A DNA stretch of 35,914 nucleotides from a virus (Duplodnaviria > Caudoviricetes): the IMG/VR virus record IMGVR_UViG_3300043414_000013, positions 1-35,914 of that record. The stretch is one strand, 5' to 3'. A program made the position numbers and the translations under genes. Shown piece by piece: positions 31,110-35,914 of this stretch. Under the pieces are notes generated by a model, which was not told the DNA's origin, ran no database searches, and saw only the letters and a list, made by a program, of their open reading frames with translations. Each line of letters opens with the position of its first letter. Position 1 is the stretch's first letter.

Positions 31110-31877
31110 TTAGCGGATACGTTGTGCTTCGTACTTCTTCACTTGCCTTGCACGTTCAGCTTCAATCCACTGGCTGGTTGTCATGGTCTTGATAGACCGT
31201 GGGTCAGTCGTGTCTTGCGATGGTGATCCAGAGGATCGTGCATTAACAGGTGAAATCGGCGCGGGCGCAGACGTTGTTCTTTTCATGGGAGGTTCAGCGG
31301 CCAATTTGGCTTCGATCTTCCCAATTTCCTTTGCTTGGCCGAGTGGCGACAGACGGGCAATACGATCTGCATCTTTGGGGTTGGAGCCGAGGTAGTAAGC
31401 TAACTCAGGCCCAATGTCCGAAGACTGGATCGTTTCAGCCATGACGTTCGTGATGCTAAGTTTGGGGTTGTACGCGACTTGTTCAAAGTCATCGTATTTA
31501 CTCCGCGCTTCTTCTTCACGCTCGTGATAGCTCTCAAGAACTTGCGATTGCTGCTTTGCAGCTTCCCGTTTGGCAATCAATTCTTCTGCCTTCTGATATG
31601 CTAGTGCATCGGCATACGCTTCAGGTGTTTCAAACTGGTCAACCGTCTGAGTTGCTGGAGCCCTCAACACCTGCTGTTCGGCTTGGCGTTGCGCTTGATC
31701 TCGTTCCCACTTCCGTTGCTCTCTTGCAAGGCGTTTTCCAATTGCGGCATCAAGTTCCTCTTGCGAGAATGTTTTGGCGACCTCAACTTCCGGCGTTTCT
31801 ACTACAGTTTCAGGCGCAGCCGTTGCTTCCTGTACTGGCACGGGTGTAACCGCTAGGTTTTCGACTTCTTCAGTCAT
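31110..31877 (-). CDS. Scaffolding protein
   Basis: Acidic N-terminus, FSQEELDA.I.KRL, coiled coil, GPELAYYLG.NP, AP.PI.P; upstream of the coat gene. Confidence 0.85.
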   Translation of the reverse strand: MTEEVENLAVTPVPVQEATAAPETVVETPEVEVAKTFSQEELDAAIGKRLAREQRKWERDQAQRQAEQQVLRAPATQTVDQFETPEAYADALAYQKAEELIAKREAAKQQSQVLESYHEREEEARSKYDDFEQVAYNPKLSITNVMAETIQSSDIGPELAYYLGSNPKDADRIARLSPLGQAKEIGKIEAKLAAEPPMKRTTSAPAPISPVNARSSGSPSQDTTDPRSIKTMTTSQWIEAERARQVKKYEAQRIR

Positions 31878-31883
31878 TGTCTT

Positions 31884-31915
31884 GAATCCTTAGATTCCCT
31901 GGTGTTCTGCACCAG
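31884..31915 (-). promoter_or_regulatory. Two-hairpin leader sequestering the scaffold RBS
   Basis: Minus strand reads CTGGTG-CAGAA-CACCAG-G-GAATC-TAAG-GATTC-AAGACA-ATG. Confidence 0.55.
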
Positions 31916-31928
31916 TACAGTTAATATA

Positions 31929-32429
31929 TCAGAAATACGTCACTTCAATCAAAGATGTCAGTGGCGGCGCTTCTGAGAATGTTAGTGTAGCACCACTAAG
32001 GGTAAACGTAGACTTGTTCTGGTAGACGCCATTGATGTAAACCTGAATGTTGTTTTCAGACCTTGGGCTGTTACTCAAGGTAAACACAACTGTTGACCCA
32101 TTGCCAGTAAAGTTATCCACCACCATTGTGGTTGACCCAATACTAGGCACATTGTCGTAAGTGGCAATCGTGACATCAGCCGAGGTCTTCAATACAAACT
32201 TGTAGTCAATGCTTGCATTAACCCACACCTGCCCCCCAGGCACACGTCCAGCCGAGTCCAACACAATTGGGTTTGTGTGGTTAGTTGCACCCGTGTAGGT
32301 GGTGTAAGTGGCTACAGGAGTCGTAGAGCCCGCTTGGTAGGTGTAAATCTTCCCACCAGACAAGGGAACACCGTTGGCATCAAACAGTTGCCAGCCTACG
32401 CCAGCAAAGGAGGATAGAGCATAAATCAT
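31929..32429 (-). CDS. Tailspike head-binding-like domain + small C-terminal beta-sandwich (adaptor)
   Basis: QLFDANG.PLSGGKIYTY.AG.TTP..TY...NPIVLDSAGR, then FTGNGS...FTL...P...V.INGV.Q...LTFSEAPP..IEV.Y. Confidence 0.7.
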   Translation of the reverse strand: MIYALSSFAGVGWQLFDANGVPLSGGKIYTYQAGSTTPVATYTTYTGATNHTNPIVLDSAGRVPGGQVWVNASIDYKFVLKTSADVTIATYDNVPSIGSTTMVVDNFTGNGSTVVFTLSNSPRSENNIQVYINGVYQNKSTFTLSGATLTFSEAPPLTSLIEVTYF

Positions 32430-32626
32430 TTGTCAACCAATGCAGTAGTAGTCAGTTCACGTAGCACTAGCATTACAACGGGCCACAACATAACGATGTA
32501 GGCGCTGTAGGGCGCAGGCAACAACTGTCCAATGAAGCCACTATTGGCCTCAATGACAGTCAGCAGCGCACCTACTATGGCTACCCAGTATGTCTTAGAC
32601 TTTAAACGCTGGACAATAGCATTCAT
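32426..32626 (-). CDS. Two-TM holin-like protein, 66 aa
   Basis: ATG 32626; LKSKTYW + two hydrophobic helices + LR..TT..L. Confidence 0.65.
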   Translation of the reverse strand: MNAIVQRLKSKTYWVAIVGALLTVIEANSGFIGQLLPAPYSAYIVMLWPVVMLVLRELTTTALVDK

Positions 32627-32970
32627 ACCGTCACCCAAGGCAGAGCAGGTTCAGCAGTAGCTTGTGCCAATTGACGAGCAATCTGTTCAGTTACTTGTGC
32701 TTCACCTTCGTCTTTAATAAGGCGAGTAGATGTTTGCTCAACATTATCAAGATTTTTCCAAGTGGTAACTTCAGGTGAGAAACACCAGGCAAGCACTTGC
32801 GCTTCTGTAAGTTGGTCATATGGCGTAAAGAAGGTACTACGCATTAGATTGCGAGTGTAAGCAGCAGAGGCTGTGTTGTCGCCATCAGTAGCGGTGACTG
32901 TTAGGTCAACTTTGACAACCAGATTGTCTTCAGCGACTGTAACTTTGTTAACTGACCATTTGAATTCCAT
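32623..32970 (-). CDS. Fibre-associated small protein (PYDQLTEAQVL.W...LPW), possible chaperone
   Basis: Motif typical of genes following tail fibres; AAGGA RBS. Confidence 0.65.
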   Translation of the reverse strand: MEFKWSVNKVTVAEDNLVVKVDLTVTATDGDNTASAAYTRNLMRSTFFTPYDQLTEAQVLAWCFSPEVTTWKNLDNVEQTSTRLIKDEGEAQVTEQIARQLAQATAEPALPWVTV

Positions 32971-32985
32971 GATTTATCCTTTAAT

Positions 32986-34431
32986 TTAAGTATTAACGTA
33001 GGAGCCAATATTTATTTTTCCATCCGGCGTCTGAAAAAAAGTAAACATTGATTGAGAATTTGCTGTGACATTTGGTTGTGGGTAAGTAGTTAACGCTGTA
33101 TTACCCATTTGACCAGAACCTGCCCATGCTATTGATTTGTTACCAAAAGATGATTGTTTAATAAGTATTGAGAATGGTGTAAAGCATTCGTTAAGAAAAT
33201 ACAACGCACCAATATTGTCAGTCATTGTTAAACTAGCTGATTTTGCGTAAGGCCCAATTGTTGCGCCTCCACCAGATTGCGTGACAATTTGCTCTCCATT
33301 TGCTGTCGTTAGATTGCCCAAATAATCAACAATATATTTTCCAGCAGCCAATTCAGTGTTAATTACTGTTAAATCTTGACCGCGTACAACCGATGTTGAA
33401 ATGTTTATATTGCCAGAAAAAGTACACCCTTGAAAAATAAATTTCTGGTTGTACGAACTGGCTGCTGAAATAGTTACTGACGGCAAAGTTCCATTGCTAT
33501 AATCTTGGCAATTAATTAAAGTTGTTGGTTTAATTACTGCACCATTAGCTACTGAACTATACAACAATCCACCAGCCCCCGTTTCTTGCCAACAATTTTG
33601 TATTAACAGTCCTTGCGCACCAGCAGACCCAAGAATGGATTTATTAAAAATTAAATACCCAGAGCCAATAATTCCAGCGTTGTAACTTAGGGCACTGGCT
33701 ATGCAATTTGATACTGTGGATGATTGGCCACCATAATCAAACCAAATTCCATAAGCGCAGCCGTTTACCCATGTGGAAGTCCAATCCCTATAAAATTGAA
33801 GTTGGTCATAAACACCAAGATCAGCATTCCATTCATTAATATGAAGGCCAGATCGTTGGCATCCATAAAAAGTAATTTGTTGAAAACGATTGCAATAAAA
33901 CTGCCGCCCTCCTGGTATGGCGGTAGGGGTTCCCTCAGTCCCAACAATAATCCCATCGCGCTGAGCATTAGATATATTGCATTTTTGAACTGTATTAGTA
34001 ACACTTCCGTTTGTGGTGCTTGACGAGTAGATTTGAATCCCATATCCCGCAAGAAAATTACAGTCAATTGTTAGCCCTTCAATGACTAAACCATTGCATC
34101 GGTCAAAAGAAAACATTGCTGACCCAATAGCCGATGCCCCACCCCATTTAATAGTTACTTTGCTGCTTCCATTAATTATAGAGTTTGCGCCATCATATCC
34201 AGCAAGACCAATTATTTTTATGGAATCTTGCGATGTCATTGTTAATGAAGAATCAATACGATAAACACCTGATGGAAATTGAATTTCACGAATTCCACTT
34301 GTTGTGGCGTATGTAAATGCCGCCTGAATTGCAGCGTAAGAGTTTGTAGCCCCTGTTGCATCCGCACCAAAATCAAGAACATTGATAGGCGCTCCGCTTA
34401 TCATGGAGTTTGTTACTTTGGTAAGAGACAT
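32986..34431 (-). CDS. Tailspike / beta-helix depolymerase (pectate-lyase-3-like start)
   Basis: NVLDFGA..TG.T....AIQAA.....I.FPSG.Y.I; Asn/Ile/Gly-rich beta-helix; visibly AT-rich. Confidence 0.8.
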   Translation of the reverse strand: MSLTKVTNSMISGAPINVLDFGADATGATNSYAAIQAAFTYATTSGIREIQFPSGVYRIDSSLTMTSQDSIKIIGLAGYDGANSIINGSSKVTIKWGGASAIGSAMFSFDRCNGLVIEGLTIDCNFLAGYGIQIYSSSTTNGSVTNTVQKCNISNAQRDGIIVGTEGTPTAIPGGRQFYCNRFQQITFYGCQRSGLHINEWNADLGVYDQLQFYRDWTSTWVNGCAYGIWFDYGGQSSTVSNCIASALSYNAGIIGSGYLIFNKSILGSAGAQGLLIQNCWQETGAGGLLYSSVANGAVIKPTTLINCQDYSNGTLPSVTISAASSYNQKFIFQGCTFSGNINISTSVVRGQDLTVINTELAAGKYIVDYLGNLTTANGEQIVTQSGGGATIGPYAKSASLTMTDNIGALYFLNECFTPFSILIKQSSFGNKSIAWAGSGQMGNTALTTYPQPNVTANSQSMFTFFQTPDGKINIGSYVNT

Positions 34432-34433
34432 AT

Positions 34434-35033
34434 TTACACCGTGTAAGTTATAGTTGCAAATAAATATTTATTTAATCCTGCAACTATTGCTGATGATGTT
34501 GTATCGTTTGCATCAACTATATCCAAAGTGGTTCTTGTTGTAGAGCCAATAGCGGCGACACTTACTGATGCGCCTAATTGATATTTAGCAACTGTACCAA
34601 TTGCAGAATACGCTGTTGAAGCGGCGGCGGTAAACGGTATGCCAGTAACATACATAGCACCAACGCCGCCAGTAGTATTTACATTTGAAAACTCTATATA
34701 TAATGTAACTTGTCTGCCAATTCGAGTGTATCTACCAACAGCAGTTGGTGGAGTTATTGGAGGAACTAAACTTGTTAAAGTTCCAGTCCAAGTCCCCTCC
34801 TCATACCAATTCAGCAACTGGCTTGTCATTCCCGCTACTGGAGTGTTTGCAGTAAAGTTGTAGCCCGTTGCAGCAGTACCTTGCACAATACCGTTAGAAG
34901 TTTGTGTGCGTCCAGCCGTCAAGTTAGCAACAGACACTTGCCTTGTTGCGCTGCTTTGGACAATAGGCAGTACCTCAGTACCAGCAAGCGGTGTAGTTGA
35001 TGCCGGTAGGGCAGAGATTTTTAAGTCAGCCAT
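34434..35033 (-). CDS. Short fibre: ISxLP N-domain + YEEGTWT C-terminal domain
   Basis: MADLKISALP..LPIVQ...T.QV; L..YEEGTWT...G.YTRIGRQV...GIPF. Confidence 0.7.
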   Translation of the reverse strand: MADLKISALPASTTPLAGTEVLPIVQSSATRQVSVANLTAGRTQTSNGIVQGTAATGYNFTANTPVAGMTSQLLNWYEEGTWTGTLTSLVPPITPPTAVGRYTRIGRQVTLYIEFSNVNTTGGVGAMYVTGIPFTAAASTAYSAIGTVAKYQLGASVSVAAIGSTTRTTLDIVDANDTTSSAIVAGLNKYLFATITYTV

Positions 35034-35036
35034 TTA

Positions 35037-35201
35037 TCACTCCAAAAGGATCAGACCGCCGTCCTCTTGCACGAGGTTATCGCCGATCTCGGTTAACAAG
35101 TTGCTTTGTGCAATTGCATTGGCATCGCCAGACAGGAACGAAATCACGCTCCCAAGGCCAATGGCAACACCATTGCGGATGGGCATTCCAAAGAAGCTCA
35201 T
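35037..35201 (-). CDS. 54-aa peptide ending LLTEIGDNLVQEDGGLILLE
   Basis: Translated by hand; ATGA overlap with the upstream gene; 3 nt before the next ATG. Confidence 0.8.
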   Translation of the reverse strand: MSFFGMPIRNGVAIGLGSVISFLSGDANAIAQSNLLTEIGDNLVQEDGGLILLE

Positions 35202-35500
35202 TGGATATTAATGGGCTTGCAATAAATCGTGCCACCCGTGGACACTTGAATTGCACTTACGCGCCATTGACCGCTAACGCTAAAAGGCACTTTGAACGGG
35301 ATAGGTGTGTACGGTGGGACTGGGGTGCTGGCGGTTGTGGCCGTAACACCTTCGCCAACCAACACATAGCAAGCCTGGTCAGACCAGACAACCACACCTT
35401 GGGGGCCAGCGGGCCATGCACCAGTTACACCAGCAGTGCCGGTGTAGGTAATAGATTTGGCTGGGAAGTTGGTATCGGCTAACGGGTTTAAGAGTTCCAA
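35198..35500 (-). CDS. Hypothetical virion beta-sandwich protein, 100 aa
   Basis: TTG start with AAGGAG RBS; beta-rich. Confidence 0.75.
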   Translation of the reverse strand: MELLNPLADTNFPAKSITYTGTAGVTGAWPAGPQGVVVWSDQACYVLVGEGVTATTASTPVPPYTPIPFKVPFSVSGQWRVSAIQVSTGGTIYCKPINIQ

Positions 35501-35510
35501 GGTGTTCTCC

Positions 35511-35873
35511 TTATGCTAAGAAACGCAATTTGTACAAAGTGCGAAGATAAATTTCAATGATGTTGTCAATCAACTGCTGCAAAGATGAGTCAGATTCATC
35601 GCAGATTTCGTACCTGTTAGCTTCAATTTGCTTCAAGGAATCTTCCAAAAACTCAATGACGTTGCTTGTTTTCTTTGCCGATTGTAGGGTAATTGGCCCC
35701 AATAAACCATGCCGCCCCTGATAGGCTTCAGCAAAATCATCAGCCGCACCAATGATGCGGTCATAAAAAATATTTAAGGCTACATGCTTGGAGTAGCTGC
35801 GGGTATTCAGATGCACCGAGTGCGTCACATCCCGAGCCAAGAACAGCAGTCCTACAAAGTCACATGCTTTCAT
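35511..35873 (-). CDS. Dps/ferritin-like protein (DUF5856-like)
   Basis: H21-L-N...H30...D45..E49 spacing as in the Dps ferroxidase site; helical; coupled to the portal stop. Confidence 0.75.
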   Translation of the reverse strand: MKACDFVGLLFLARDVTHSVHLNTRSYSKHVALNIFYDRIIGAADDFAEAYQGRHGLLGPITLQSAKKTSNVIEFLEDSLKQIEANRYEICDESDSSLQQLIDNIIEIYLRTLYKLRFLA

Positions 35874-35914
35874 TGTGGCATTCCCATTTGTTGGTCAGGT
35901 TGCATACCTTGCAT
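35537..35914. repeat. Right copy of imperfect terminal direct repeat
   Basis: 378 nt matching 1-414 except 4 SNPs and the shorter portal tail. Confidence 0.97.
35870..35914 (-). CDS. Portal 3' end, short allele (..MQGMQPDQQMGMPQ*)
   Basis: In-frame variant of 334..414, 12 codons shorter. Confidence 0.85.
   Translation of the reverse strand: MQGMQPDQQMGMPQ

Larger units (their letters stand above)
1..35914. mobile_element. Complete circularly permuted P22-like podovirus genome (unit length ~35,536 bp)
   Basis: Terminal overlap, plus TerS/TerL, P22-type portal, scaffold, coat, gp4/gp10, ejection proteins, lysis and replication modules. No host housekeeping genes are present. Confidence 0.95.

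Noticed and set aside
32113-32121. Isolated DnaA-box-like 9-mers (also near 25115)
   Set aside because: Single mismatched hits inside coding sequence, expected by chance.
1-35914. tRNA, integrase, reverse transcriptase/DGR, DNA or RNA polymerase
   Set aside because: No cloverleaf, recombinase, RT or polymerase motifs were seen, and no template/variable repeat pair with adenine-specific differences. A tRNAscan/HMM run would be needed to exclude them formally.

Overview
The window appears to be one complete, circularly permuted genome (~35.5 kb unit length) of a P22-like podophage. Positions 1-414 recur imperfectly at 35537-35914. The host is probably a freshwater betaproteobacterium, which is a weak inference from the accessory gene families. 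The minus strand carries a Cro-like HTH, a two-frame split C5 methyltransferase, a TOPRIM/AAA primase-helicase, a PAPS-reductase-like PP-loop protein, an iteron/palindrome origin, RusA, TerS, a stand-alone ADP-ribosyltransferase-like gene, TerL, three small basic proteins and the portal. Across the junction it continues with a Dps-like protein, a fibre/tailspike module, scaffold, coat, decoration proteins, gp4/gp10/gp26-like tail genes, three ejection proteins and lysis genes. The plus strand carries a Sak4-like ATPase, SSB-like protein, Cas4-like exonuclease, SF2 helicase and an array of tiny accessory genes joined by repeated RBS/stop-start junctions. I found no integrase, CI repressor, polymerase, tRNA or CRISPR array. 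The most interesting candidates are: (1) a plug-and-socket fibre docking code, in which an 8-residue motif repeated three times is encoded next to fibres that share an ISxLP N-terminal domain; (2) an ART effector sharing a terminal NAL motif with the ejection proteins; (3) the dual-coded methyltransferase and a PP-loop gene inserted inside the iteron field; (4) a G4/A-tract/DnaA-box locus beside terS; (5) accessory gene cassettes bounded by microhomologies. All family calls come from motif recognition by eye, not from database searches.
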